From Peptostreptococcaceae bacterium (GTDB taxonomy: Bacteria; Bacillota; Clostridia; Peptostreptococcales; Filifactoraceae), in NCBI GenBank assembly GCA_030528675.1, contig JAUMYL010000017.1:6860-70859 (forward strand): a DNA stretch of 64,000 bases. Reading direction: 5' to 3'. Positions 12,050 to 21,188 of this stretch are shown here, in pieces. Below the pieces are notes generated by a model that worked only from the letters and a program-made list of their open reading frames with translations, did not search any database and was not told the origin of the DNA. Every line of letters starts with the position of its first letter. The stretch's first letter is position 1. Position numbers and translations under genes: made by a program.

Positions 12050-12418
12050 ATGGCACGTATTGCCGGTGTAGACTTACCAAGAGAGAAAAGAGTAATTATC
12101 GGTCTGACCTATATTTTCGGAATCGGAAAGAATATCTCCAAAAAGATACTCGAAGCGACCGGAATCAATGAAGATACGAGAGTCAAAGACCTTACGGAAG
12201 AAGAAGTCAACCTTCTCCGCAAAGAGATCGACAACTACAACGTAGAAGGAGACCTGCGCAGAGAGATCTCCCTCAATATCAAGCGTCTTCGCGATATCCG
12301 CTGCTACCGCGGAATCCGTCATATGAAGGGGCTTCCGGTGAGAGGACAGAAGACCAAGACAAACGCAAGAACCCGCAAAGGTCCGAAGCGAACTGTCGGA
12401 AGAAAGAAAAAGAAATAA
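12050..12418 (+). CDS. rpsM: 30S ribosomal protein S13
   Basis: 122 aa [26 protein letters not shown]... S13 signature. Confidence 0.96.
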   Translation: MARIAGVDLPREKRVIIGLTYIFGIGKNISKKILEATGINEDTRVKDLTEEEVNLLRKEIDNYNVEGDLRREISLNIKRLRDIRCYRGIRHMKGLPVRGQKTKTNARTRKGPKRTVGRKKKK

Positions 12419-12596
12419 GATAAAGAGGCTGCATATATTTTTTGATCAAAAATAAAAAAATCAAAAAAAAGTCTGCAGTAGAGAAATGAAGAGATGGAAG
12501 ATCATTTTTTCAAAAGAAAACAGAATTTCAAATACTTTCATCAAGAGAGTTGCTCTTATGAGGATGAAACAAAAATTACGGTAAGGAGGGAAATAA

Positions 12597-12995
12597 ATGG
12601 CTAAGCCAAAAAAGAAAGCAACGCGTGTGCGCAGAAGAGAGCGTAAGAATATCGAGAAAGGTCATGCTCATATTCAGTCCACCTTCAACAATACCATCGT
12701 TACATTGACGGACGTCTACGGAAACGCTCTTTCCTGGGCCAGCGCGGGGCAGCTCGGATTCAAGGGTTCGAGAAAGTCCACTCCCTTTGCCGCGCAGATG
12801 GCGGCAGAGCAGGCGACAAAAGCTGCGATGGAGCACGGACTTCGCTCCGTGGAAGTTTTCGTAAAAGGACCGGGAGCAGGAAGAGAGGCGGCTATCAGAG
12901 CGCTTCAGGCAGCAGGACTCGATGTGACGATGATCAAAGACGTCACGCCGATTCCGCACAACGGATGCCGACCGCCGAAGAGAAGAAGAGTGTAA
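12597..12995 (+). CDS. rpsK: 30S ribosomal protein S11
   Basis: 132 aa. ...[27 protein letters not shown]... S11 signature. Confidence 0.96.
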   Translation: MAKPKKKATRVRRRERKNIEKGHAHIQSTFNNTIVTLTDVYGNALSWASAGQLGFKGSRKSTPFAAQMAAEQATKAAMEHGLRSVEVFVKGPGAGREAAIRALQAAGLDVTMIKDVTPIPHNGCRPPKRRRV

Positions 12996-13065
12996 TCGCT
13001 TTGGATTATGTTCACAGTACCCTCGATGATTTGTTGAGATGTATTGATTAAGGAGGGTTGGATTC

Positions 13066-14007
13066 GTGATAGAAATAGAAAAACCGAAAATAAAAACCGT
13101 CGAACTCAAAGATAATTACGGAAAATTCTCCGTGGAGCCGCTGGAGAGAGGATTCGGCGTCACTGTAGGGAACTCCCTGCGCAGGATACTGCTTTCTTCT
13201 CTGCCGGGCGTCGCCGTCACTTCCATCAAAATCGACGGCGTGCTGCATGAATTTTCGACAGTGCCGGGTGTCAAGGAGGACGTCACCGCAATCATGCTCT
13301 CCCTCAAAGAGCTGTCCATGAAGATGGATTTCGATTCGCCGGCGACGATCATCATCGATGCCAAGGGTGAAGGCGTTGTGACGGCCGGCGACATCATCTG
13401 TCCGTCCGAGGTCGAGATCATCAACAAAGATCTGCATATTGCGACGCTGACGGAAGATGCCAAGCTCTATATGGAGATCAATGTGGACAAGGGAAGAGGC
13501 TATGTGTCTGCAGAAAACAATAAATCCGACGACCAGCCGATCGGGATCATCCCGATGGATTCCATCTACACGCCGGTGCAGAAAGTCTGCTATCAGATCG
13601 AGCCGACAAGAGTGGGCTCCCGCAGTGATTTTGAGATCCTGATACTGGAAATTTGGACGGATGGAAGCATCAACGCCAGAGAGGGCGTCGCACTGGGAGC
13701 GAAGATACTCACGGAGCATCTCAATCTCTTCGTCAACCTGACCGAGCATCTTGGAGAAGTGGAGATCATGGTGGAAAAAGAAGAAGATAAGAAAGAAAAG
13801 GCTCTCGAGATGACGATTGAAGAACTGGATCTCTCCGTACGCTCCTATAACTGTCTGAAGCGTGCAGGCATCAACACCGTGGAAGAGCTGACCGAAAAGA
13901 CGGAAGACGATATGATGAAAGTGCGAAACTTAGGAAAGAAATCCCTGGAAGAAGTGATCCAGAAGCTTGACGAACTCGGATTCAAACTCCGTTCAAGCGA
14001 AGACTAA
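13066..14007 (+). CDS. rpoA: DNA-directed RNA polymerase alpha subunit
   Basis: 313 aa, GTG start after AAGGAGGG. NTD ...[19 protein letters not shown]... and C-terminal alpha-CTD. Confidence 0.96.
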   Translation: MIEIEKPKIKTVELKDNYGKFSVEPLERGFGVTVGNSLRRILLSSLPGVAVTSIKIDGVLHEFSTVPGVKEDVTAIMLSLKELSMKMDFDSPATIIIDAKGEGVVTAGDIICPSEVEIINKDLHIATLTEDAKLYMEINVDKGRGYVSAENNKSDDQPIGIIPMDSIYTPVQKVCYQIEPTRVGSRSDFEILILEIWTDGSINAREGVALGAKILTEHLNLFVNLTEHLGEVEIMVEKEEDKKEKALEMTIEELDLSVRSYNCLKRAGINTVEELTEKTEDDMMKVRNLGKKSLEEVIQKLDELGFKLRSSED

Positions 14008-14028
14008 AGGAAAAGGAGGGACACGAAA

Positions 14029-14370
14029 ATGGCAATATACAGAAAACTGGGCATGGTATCTGCACACCGAAAAGCGATGCTGAGAAATATGACGACGGAT
14101 ATCTTAAGACATGGCAAGGTCACGACCACCGAGACCAGAGCCAAAGAGGCCCGCAGAATGGTGGAAAAAATGATCACTCTCGGCAAGAGAGGCGATCTTC
14201 ACGCCAGAAGACAGGCGCTGTCCTATGTGATGGACAAGGCGGTCGTGAAGACGCTCTTCGACGAGATTGCACCGAAATACAGCGAGAGAAACGGCGGATA
14301 CACGAGAATCATGAAACTCGGACCCAGAAAAGGGGACGGGGCGCCGATGGCGATCATCGAATTGGTGTAG
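14029..14370 (+). CDS. rplQ: 50S ribosomal protein L17
   Basis: 113 aa [34 protein letters not shown]... L17 signature. Confidence 0.96.
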   Translation: MAIYRKLGMVSAHRKAMLRNMTTDILRHGKVTTTETRAKEARRMVEKMITLGKRGDLHARRQALSYVMDKAVVKTLFDEIAPKYSERNGGYTRIMKLGPRKGDGAPMAIIELV

Positions 14371-14379
14371 AATTGAAAG

Positions 14380-14424
14380 AAGGAGCTGTCAGGAAAACTC
14401 AATTTCCGATAGCTCCTTTTTGTC
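14380..14424 (+). terminator. two-tier hairpin plus T-run after rplQ (putative intrinsic terminator of the alpha operon)
   Basis: AAGGAGCT...(inner GGAAA/TTTCC stem)...AGCTCCTT followed by TTTTG. Confidence 0.5.
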
Positions 14425-14532
14425 ATCTTTGTCTCAGGACTTTTGAAGCCCATCCGCTTTTCTCTGCAAGAAATAGAAGACTGGCGAGGCTTTCTCGTTC
14501 ATTCCATGGTAACATACGAGAAGCCTTTATAT

Positions 14533-14660
14533 AAACTCTGTTCGAAATACCATCTGATATCCGACCTGCGTTCAATGAAATGTCGGATGACAGGTCAAGG
14601 GTATATTTTTGTCAGATGACAATTCAGACAGGTAATCGTATGAGATGAGAGGGAGCGGTT
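14533..14660 (+). repeat. dispersed intergenic repeat family A, copy 1
   Basis: AAACTCTGTTCGAAATACCATC...TTCAATGAAATGTCGGATGACAGGTCAAGGGTA...GTCAGATGACAATTCAGACAGG. Near-identical copies at 49602, 63301, and inverted at 15790 and 32884. Confidence 0.8.
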
Positions 14661-14674
14661 GTTGAAACGAGCAA

Positions 14675-14712
14675 GGAGCCCTCCTGTCCGCTGCGGCGGA
14701 CAGGAGGGCTCC
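14675..14712. terminator. 17-bp perfect stem, 4-nt loop hairpin; convergent terminator between the rplQ side and the minus-strand alarmone synthetase gene
   Basis: GGAGCCCTCCTGTCCGC-tgcg-GCGGACAGGAGGGCTCC, 7 nt downstream of the relQ-like stop. Confidence 0.7.
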
Positions 14713-14719
14713 TGCTCCA

Positions 14720-15415
14720 TCAGTAGGAGGCTTCGATGCTTTTTCGGAGTTCGTCCATGCGATGATCTAAAGCGGCGCTGGTTTCGGCGCATTGGAAGAG
14801 CTCTCGCGCCGCTTCCAATGTAAATTCCCGGTCTTTTTTGTAGCGGAGCTGATGCTCGAGGCTGGCCCAAAAATTCATCGCGATTGTCCGCATCTGAATC
14901 TCGGCCTTGACGAGCTTCTTCTGGTTCGAGAGGAAGATCGGCACTTCGACGATCAGATGCAGGCTGCGGTAGCCATTGGGTTTTGGATGTTTTACATAGT
15001 CCCGTTCTTCGATCAGCGTGATATCGTCCTGCTGGAGAAAAGCGGAGCGCAGGGTGTAGATATCCTGAGGGAAAGAGCAGACGACCCGTATGCCGGCGAT
15101 GTCCTGGATGTGTTCTTCGATGGATTCCAGCGTGATGCTCAGCTCTTTTTTCTGCAGTTTGTCGACAATGCTTTCAAGAGATTTCAGTCGGGTCTGAATG
15201 CTGTTGATCGGATTTCGGTCGTGCTCAAGAGAAAACTCTTTGTCCAAGATCTTGAATTTTGTTTCAATCTGCATGATTGCATATTCATAATAAGTCATCA
15301 GGCGGTGTACGGCAAAGGAACTTTGCTGTATCCACGCCATCGCTTCCTTGTTTGCGGACAGTCGTTCGAACAGTTCGTCAAAACTGTAATGCTGCGGCTG
15401 CATATCTCTCATCAT
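14720..15415 (-). CDS. small alarmone synthetase (GTP pyrophosphokinase, RelQ/RelP/YjbM family)
   Basis: 231 aa. Synthetase motifs DIAGIRVV, GYRSLH, EIQMRT. No hydrolase or regulatory domains. RBS AGGAGAAGG. Confidence 0.88.
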   Translation of the reverse strand: MMRDMQPQHYSFDELFERLSANKEAMAWIQQSSFAVHRLMTYYEYAIMQIETKFKILDKEFSLEHDRNPINSIQTRLKSLESIVDKLQKKELSITLESIEEHIQDIAGIRVVCSFPQDIYTLRSAFLQQDDITLIEERDYVKHPKPNGYRSLHLIVEVPIFLSNQKKLVKAEIQMRTIAMNFWASLEHQLRYKKDREFTLEAARELFQCAETSAALDHRMDELRKSIEASY

Positions 15416-15789
15416 AATCCTTCTCCTTTTTCATCAAAACATCGGTATATCCATCATCCAATGAGGTCTTCCTCATAGATATTCGAAGCGGGAATATTTT
15501 TTTCGGGGTCAGGCCATCCGGAACAAAAAGTTTTTGTTCCTCTTCTCCCCTTCGCGGCTGAATTGGATGGAACGGAATCTTTGAAAAAGACCGGCTCGAA
15601 GCTCCATCCTTACTTTCATTATAATATGAGGGAAGAAAGTCGTCCGTTACGGTTTATTTACATATTCCGCCCGAACCTGTATTTATGCCGAAGATCTTTT
15701 GGAATCGCAGAGTTTCAGAGATGAACAGGAAAGGGGAGCAGCTCTCCAGACAGAGCGCTCCTGGCGATTTCTGTCTCTTTTTCTGTGAT

Positions 15790-15920
15790 GAGCCGGATGC
15801 AGAGTATAATACGAATACCGAATCAAAATGCCCTTTGATAAAATATACCTTTGACCTGTCGTCTGAAATTTCATTGAAAGCAGGTCGGAAGATCGGATGG
15901 TATTTCGAACAGAGTTCAGT
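15790..15920 (-). repeat. dispersed intergenic repeat family A, copy 2 (inverted)
   Basis: The reverse complement reads ...AACTCTGTTCGAAATACCATCCGATCTTCCGACCTGCTTTCAATGAAATTTCAGACGACAGGTCAAAGGTATATTTTATCAAAGGGCATTTTGAT... Confidence 0.8.
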
Positions 15921-15921
15921 A

Positions 15922-16965
15922 TTAGAGATCGTCTTCGATGACGGAAGATTTCGCGTAGGCGGAGACTTTTGCCTCAAAGAAGTCGGTTTTGATCGCATTG
16001 GGATCCGCATATTCGTTGACCCAAGCCATTGATTCCGGTTCTTTTTCATAGCCTTCATAGAGGATCTCAAAGCCGAGCCCTCTGCAGCGCAGGTTGCCGA
16101 GATATTTCAGATAGTCTTCGACCATGCCCATCGTCAATCCCTTGATATTGTTTCCGATCACATAGTTCGCCCATTTGATCTCTTCTTCGACGCCCTGTCG
16201 GATCATGCCCCGGAAGATCTCGATGTTCTCCGGGGTGAAGATCTCGGGTTCTTCTTTCTTCAGTTCGAGGATGATCGAGCGGAAGAGCCAGAGGTGGCTG
16301 TTCTCATCCCGGTTGATATAGCGGATCTCCTGAACCGTGCCCGGCACCTTGCCGTTTCTTCCGAGGGAGTAGAAGAACATGAAGCCGGAGTAAAAATAAA
16401 TCCCCTCCAGGATATAGTTGGCGACGGCCGTCTTGACGAGGTTGTATTTTGTGCGGTTGTGGTAGAAGTCGTTGTACTGCTCGCCGATGAACTTGTTTCT
16501 CTCCAGAAGGAAGGGATCGTCTTTCCACTGGTAGAGGATCGCCGTGCGTTCTTCCGGAGAACAGATCGTGTCAAGGATGTAGCCGTAGCTCTGGGAGTGG
16601 ATCGCCTCCTGATAGGCCTGTATCGTCAGGCAGAGATTGACCTCGTTTGCCGTGATGAACTCGCCGATATTCGGAAGGTTCGCGGTCTGGAGGGAATCGA
16701 GGAAGATCAGGAAGGAGAGGATCTTGTCGTAGGCGGTCTTCTCCTCGATATCGAGGTTTCTGTAGTCTTTGATATCCTGGGTGAGGTTGATCTCTTCGGG
16801 GATCCAGAAATTGTTCATCGCATGACGGTACCAGTCGCTGACCCAAGTGTATTTCATATTGTTGAAATCATTGAGGTTGGTGGTGTTTCCGTTGATCATT
16901 CTCCTTTTGGAGAGTTCGATATCTCCGTGCTCATTGAACAGGGCCTTGCGTTTTACTTCGGACAT
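15922..16965 (-). CDS. class I ribonucleotide reductase beta (R2, ferritin-like) subunit
   Basis: 347 aa. Di-metal carboxylate and radical-site helix motifs (...QAYQEAIHSQSYGYI..., ...RDENSHLWLFRSI...). RBS AAGGAGGAAC. Located 13 nt downstream of the alpha subunit gene. Confidence 0.9.
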   Translation of the reverse strand: MSEVKRKALFNEHGDIELSKRRMINGNTTNLNDFNNMKYTWVSDWYRHAMNNFWIPEEINLTQDIKDYRNLDIEEKTAYDKILSFLIFLDSLQTANLPNIGEFITANEVNLCLTIQAYQEAIHSQSYGYILDTICSPEERTAILYQWKDDPFLLERNKFIGEQYNDFYHNRTKYNLVKTAVANYILEGIYFYSGFMFFYSLGRNGKVPGTVQEIRYINRDENSHLWLFRSIILELKKEEPEIFTPENIEIFRGMIRQGVEEEIKWANYVIGNNIKGLTMGMVEDYLKYLGNLRCRGLGFEILYEGYEKEPESMAWVNEYADPNAIKTDFFEAKVSAYAKSSVIEDDL

Positions 16966-16977
16966 GATAGTTCCTCC

Positions 16978-19506
16978 TTAAGCGGTGCAGCTGTCGCACT
17001 CTTCGATTTCCAGGGACTTGCTTCTCACATAGTAGACGGTTTTGACGCCCTCCTCCCAGGCGGAGATATACAGGCGAAGTATGCGGCTCATGCTGAATTC
17101 CGTCGTGATATAGAGGTTGACGGATTGGGACTGGTCGATATGCCGCTGCCGAATCCCCGCCGAACGGATCACCCAGCTTTGATCGATCTCATGGGCGTTT
17201 TCGTAGAGCCAGAAGGTGTCGGCTGTCAGATCGGGAGCGACTCTCGGCACGATCTGCCCTTTTTTCTCTTCGAGAAAATAGCGTTTCATCACAGGGTCGA
17301 TCGCCGCCGTCGTTCCGGCGATGATCGAGGTGGAGCCGGTCGGCGCGACCGCCATCAGATAACCGTTGCGCAGTCCTTTTTCCGCCGTTTCTTTCTGCAG
17401 GGATTCCCACCTCTTGGAGCTGTAGCCCCGCTTGCGGAAATATTCCCCGTTTTGCCAGTCCGATCCTTCAAAATAGGCATAGGGGCCTTTTTCTGCGGCG
17501 AGAGCGGCGCTGGCCCTGATCGTGAAATAGTTGATATCCTCGTAAAGTTCGTCGGCAAAACGCAGATGCTCTTCACTTTGGAAAGAGAGTCCGTTTTTGA
17601 TGAGGCAGTGGTGGTAGCCGCTGGTACCCAGACCGATTGCGCGGTATTTTCGGTTTGTGATCTGCGCATAGGGCAGAGGATAGTAGTTGAGATCAATGAC
17701 GTTGTCAAGGGCGCGCACCACCGTCGATATGACTTCCTCAAGCTCTGCCTTGTCTTTGACCTCGATATTTCCAAGTACGAGAGAGGCGAGGTTGCAGACG
17801 ACGAAATCTCCGGGACGCGTCCTTTCGACGACGGTTTCTTCGCCTTCCGCTTCTCGGACTTCTGTCGTAAGGGAGGCGATAGGGCTCATGTTCTGAGCGA
17901 TCTCGGTGCAGAGATTGGAGGAGTAGATCATGCCCTTGTGGGGATTGGGGTTTCCGCGGTTGATGATATCCCGATTGAAGACGAAGGGGGTTCCGGTCTC
18001 CACCGCGGATTTGATGATCAGGCGCACCATATCCTTGACGCTCATGACGCGCTTGTCCAGAGCGGGTTCGGCGACACAGCGCAGATATCTCTCGGTCCAT
18101 TCTTCTCCATGGAAGTCTTCGAGTCGAAAGCCCATGACCCGCTCGACTTCGTGAGGACAGATCATATACCAGGGGGCGTCGATATTTTCCTTGGCCAGCT
18201 TCCAGAAGTAATCGGGAAAGCAGACCGCAGGAAAGATGTCATGCGCCTTCATGCGGTCGTCTCCGTTGTTGGTGCGCAGCTGGAGAAATTCCGGAACGTC
18301 CTTGTGCCAGATATCGAGGTAGACCGCGCAGGCCCCCTGTCTGACGCCGAGCTGATCGACGGCGACCGCCGTGTCGTTGGCGAGTTTGATCCATCGGATG
18401 ACGCCTCCCGCGACGCCCTTGAATCCTCGGATATCCGAGCCCATCGCCCGCACCTTGCCGAAGTACAGTCCCATCCCGCCTCCGTGTTTCGACACCTGAG
18501 AGAAGTTCGTGATCGAGCGGTAGATCCCGTCCAGACTGTCCGGCACAGTGTCGATAAAACAGGAGGACAGCTGGTGAAAGGGCTTTCTCGCGTTGGACAT
18601 CGTCGGAGTCGCCATCGTCACCTTCAACCGGCTGAGGATATCATAGATTTTTTTGGCCCAGAGGACGCGGTTTTCTTTTTCCGGGATCGAAAGATGCATT
18701 GCGATACCCATGAACATCTCCTGCACGGATTCGAGGAGTCTGCCCTCTCCGTCCTTGATCAGGTAGCGCTTGAGGACAAGGTCGAGGCCGCTGTAGTTGA
18801 ACAGATGGTTTCGGCTTTCGTCCAGATAGTTTTCAAGCTCGGCGATATCGGTATCGGAATAGTTTTCCAGCATATACTCTCCGTAGAGCCCCGCTTTCGT
18901 CAGATAAGAGATCTTTTCAAAGAAAGAGCGGATCTCAAGCCGGTTCATCTCGAGGCGGATCCTGTGCCCGATCTGCAGAGAGAGGAAGCGAGCCGCAATA
19001 AATTCCCATTTCGGCGCTTCCTTGCTCGTCAGTTCGCTTGCAGCCTTGATCAGAAGAGAGAGGTATTCTTCTTCATTCATCCCTTCCCTTGCAAAAGAAG
19101 AAAATTTTGTAAAGAGGAAGGAGAGATTGTAAGCGTCTTCGGTAAACCTCCCCTGAATCTCTCTCATTTCGTCAAGAATCTTCTCCTCGCTGAAATAATG
19201 AGCAAAATTTTCGATGGTCTTGCGCATGGTGTGATGACTGGCGCGATACAGGATATAGGATTTGACGACGCTGTAATACTTGTGTTCGATCAGCGTGATT
19301 TCGACAAAATCCTGTACTTCCTCGACAGAGACGATATGTCCGCTCGGGAACTGGCTGCGGACTTTTTCTTCCACCTCCGCCGCCATTAAGGCAATCGTCT
19401 TGTGGTCGATGGGCAGTCCTACACTGATAAAGGCTTTTTCCATTGCGGCTTCGATCTTGCGGATATCGAAAGCTCGTTCTTCTCCGCTGCGTTTGATGAT
19501 CTTCAC
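16978..19506 (-). CDS. class I ribonucleotide reductase alpha subunit with N-terminal ATP-cone
   Basis: 842 aa. ATP-cone MKIIKRSGEERAFDIRKIEAAMEKAF. Catalytic core motifs (NLCTEI, C-terminal CxxC tail ...EIEECDSCTA). Confidence 0.92.
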   Translation of the reverse strand: MKIIKRSGEERAFDIRKIEAAMEKAFISVGLPIDHKTIALMAAEVEEKVRSQFPSGHIVSVEEVQDFVEITLIEHKYYSVVKSYILYRASHHTMRKTIENFAHYFSEEKILDEMREIQGRFTEDAYNLSFLFTKFSSFAREGMNEEEYLSLLIKAASELTSKEAPKWEFIAARFLSLQIGHRIRLEMNRLEIRSFFEKISYLTKAGLYGEYMLENYSDTDIAELENYLDESRNHLFNYSGLDLVLKRYLIKDGEGRLLESVQEMFMGIAMHLSIPEKENRVLWAKKIYDILSRLKVTMATPTMSNARKPFHQLSSCFIDTVPDSLDGIYRSITNFSQVSKHGGGMGLYFGKVRAMGSDIRGFKGVAGGVIRWIKLANDTAVAVDQLGVRQGACAVYLDIWHKDVPEFLQLRTNNGDDRMKAHDIFPAVCFPDYFWKLAKENIDAPWYMICPHEVERVMGFRLEDFHGEEWTERYLRCVAEPALDKRVMSVKDMVRLIIKSAVETGTPFVFNRDIINRGNPNPHKGMIYSSNLCTEIAQNMSPIASLTTEVREAEGEETVVERTRPGDFVVCNLASLVLGNIEVKDKAELEEVISTVVRALDNVIDLNYYPLPYAQITNRKYRAIGLGTSGYHHCLIKNGLSFQSEEHLRFADELYEDINYFTIRASAALAAEKGPYAYFEGSDWQNGEYFRKRGYSSKRWESLQKETAEKGLRNGYLMAVAPTGSTSIIAGTTAAIDPVMKRYFLEEKKGQIVPRVAPDLTADTFWLYENAHEIDQSWVIRSAGIRQRHIDQSQSVNLYITTEFSMSRILRLYISAWEEGVKTVYYVRSKSLEIEECDSCTA

Positions 19507-19520
19507 TTCAAATTCTCCTG

Positions 19521-19578
19521 ACTCTATATTTGGTGGGTTGAATTCACAATACTCTTAATACTATACCATATATGGTGT
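19521..19578 (-). promoter_or_regulatory. two NrdR-box-like palindromes upstream of the RNR operon
   Basis: ACTCTATATTTGGTGG (19521-19536) and ATACCATATATGGTGT (19563-19578) each match about 12/16 of the NrdR consensus aCaCwAtATaTwGtGt. Starts are 42 bp apart, 15-70 bp upstream of the alpha-subunit start codon. Confidence 0.55.
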
Positions 19579-19627
19579 GGATTGCAAGACGGAAATCGAA
19601 GTATAAGAAGAGCGAAAATTCTAATTA

Positions 19628-19656
19628 TTGAAAAAAGACAAATCTTGTGATATAAT
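19628..19656 (+). promoter_or_regulatory. sigma-A type promoter for the LIV transporter operon (TTGAAA, 17 bp, TGaTATAAT)
   Basis: -35 TTGAAA 19628-33. 17-bp spacer with TG. -10 TATAAT 19651-56. Start codon 68 nt downstream. Confidence 0.65.
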
Positions 19657-19668
19657 TTTCAAGGAAAT
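19654..19668 (+). promoter_or_regulatory. possible CodY-box overlapping the -10 (AATTTTCAAGGAAAT)
   Basis: 10/15 match to AATTTTCWGAAAATT. Amino-acid transporter context. Weak evidence. Confidence 0.25.
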
Positions 19669-19723
19669 AAAAATAAAAGGGATTCGAGAGATCGAAGGCC
19701 CGCTATAGTAGGGAGGACTACAT

Positions 19724-20905
19724 ATGAAGAAAACGATTGCAAGATTGACGGGGCTCCTGTTGGCAGCGATGATGGCGACGACAGGCTGCGGCGGAGAACA
19801 GCCCTCAGGAGAAGTGGGCAATACGCCGACAGGGGATACGGTCAAGATCGGCTGGATAGGCCCTCTGACCGGCGACAACGCCGTGTGGGGCGCCTGCGAA
19901 AGGGATACGCTGCAGATGCTCGTCGACGAGCAGAATGAAAAAGGCGGCCTCATGGACAAGAAGATCGAGCTGGTCGCCTATGACACCAAGGGAGATGCGA
20001 CGGAAGCCGTCAACGCCGTCAAGAGGTTGACTTCGCAGGACAAGGTCGTTGCGATTCTCGGACCGAACTCCAGCGGACAGGCGCTGTCGATCTCGGGTAT
20101 TCTGGAGCAGACGCATGTGCCGGATATCGCAACGGTGGCGACAAACCCGAAGGTGACAGTGGGAGACGACGGAAAAGTGAAACCGTACAACTTCAGGATC
20201 TGCTTTATCGATCCGTATCAAGGAGCGGTTGCCGCAGGCTATGCTGCGGACAAGCTCGGATTCAAATCCGCGGCTTTGCTCTACGACGTCACTTCCGACT
20301 ACTCTCAGGGTCTGACTGAGTTCTTCGAGAAGAACTTTACGGAAAAAGGCGGAAAAGTTGTCGCAAAAGAGGGTTTCAAAGCCGGAGACGTTGACTTCCG
20401 CGCTCAGCTGAGCAAGATCAAAGAAGCAAATCCGGATGTGATTTTCATGCCTTATTTTTACAAAGAAGTCGCGCTGAGCGCCAACCAGGCGAGAGAACTC
20501 GGCATCACGGCGACGATGATGGGCGGAGACGGATGGCCTTCCGACCAGCTGATCGAAATGGCGAAAGATGCGATTGACGGAAGCTATGTGGTGAACCATC
20601 TCGATTTCAACGACCCGGAAGTACAGCCTCTTCAGGAACAATACAAAGCAAAATACAATAAAAACCTCGAGATCAACGGATATCTCGTACATGATGCCTT
20701 CCAGCTCTTCCAGGCAGCTGCCGGAAAGGCCGGAAGTCTCAATTCTGCGGCGATTGCCAAGGCGATCCCGGAAGTGGAGCTCAAAGGGATCACCGGAAAT
20801 ATCAGAATCAGCTCGGAAACGCATAACCCGGAAGGAAAGGAAGCCGCGATCATAATGATCAAGGACGGAAATTATGAGTTCCGGGAAAAATATGCCGCAA
20901 ACTGA
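19724..20905 (+). CDS. branched-chain amino acid (LIV family) ABC transporter substrate-binding lipoprotein
   Basis: 393 aa. Lipoprotein signal ...LLAAMMATTGC. Periplasmic-binding-protein type I fold typical of LivJ/LivK/BraC. Confidence 0.88.
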   Translation: MKKTIARLTGLLLAAMMATTGCGGEQPSGEVGNTPTGDTVKIGWIGPLTGDNAVWGACERDTLQMLVDEQNEKGGLMDKKIELVAYDTKGDATEAVNAVKRLTSQDKVVAILGPNSSGQALSISGILEQTHVPDIATVATNPKVTVGDDGKVKPYNFRICFIDPYQGAVAAGYAADKLGFKSAALLYDVTSDYSQGLTEFFEKNFTEKGGKVVAKEGFKAGDVDFRAQLSKIKEANPDVIFMPYFYKEVALSANQARELGITATMMGGDGWPSDQLIEMAKDAIDGSYVVNHLDFNDPEVQPLQEQYKAKYNKNLEINGYLVHDAFQLFQAAAGKAGSLNSAAIAKAIPEVELKGITGNIRISSETHNPEGKEAAIIMIKDGNYEFREKYAAN

Positions 20906-21188
20906 GCGGATCGGTCGAAGACCCGCAAGAGGATGACAAAGAGAGTTCTTTAGACGAAAGTTCTTTGGAGGAAAGAGCCTGAAAGAGCCCGAAAACGAGA
21001 GTCCATCGTCGGAATGTTTCGCTTTCGGGCTCTTCTGCTCAATTATCTTCGCGTCTGCGGGCAAAATCGGACGAAGTATTGTGAAAAAAGACGGCCTGTA
21101 TTTCTTGTCCGCAGAAAAATCAGAAAATTCAGTTTTGATTTTTTCCGGATGCAGGCAAACAGATATATAAGGAAAGGAGCAAGAATCC

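Noticed and set aside
15654-16070. ORFs 15685-16032 (+) and 15654-16070 (-)
   Set aside because: They lie across the inverted family-A repeat copy and the 3' end/terminator region of the RNR beta gene. No RBS, repeat-derived sequence.
16571-17410. Small ORFs 16571-16846 (-), 17189-17410 (-), 17355-17774 (-) and others in alternative frames of the RNR genes
   Set aside because: Out-of-frame overlaps inside strongly supported genes.
16294-19389. 1031-aa ORF on the + strand
   Set aside because: It runs antisense across the RNR alpha and beta genes. The composition is R/V/D/G/H-rich with no motifs, and it spans the intergenic gap between two well-supported minus-strand genes. It is a typical stop-codon-free antisense frame of GC-rich coding DNA.
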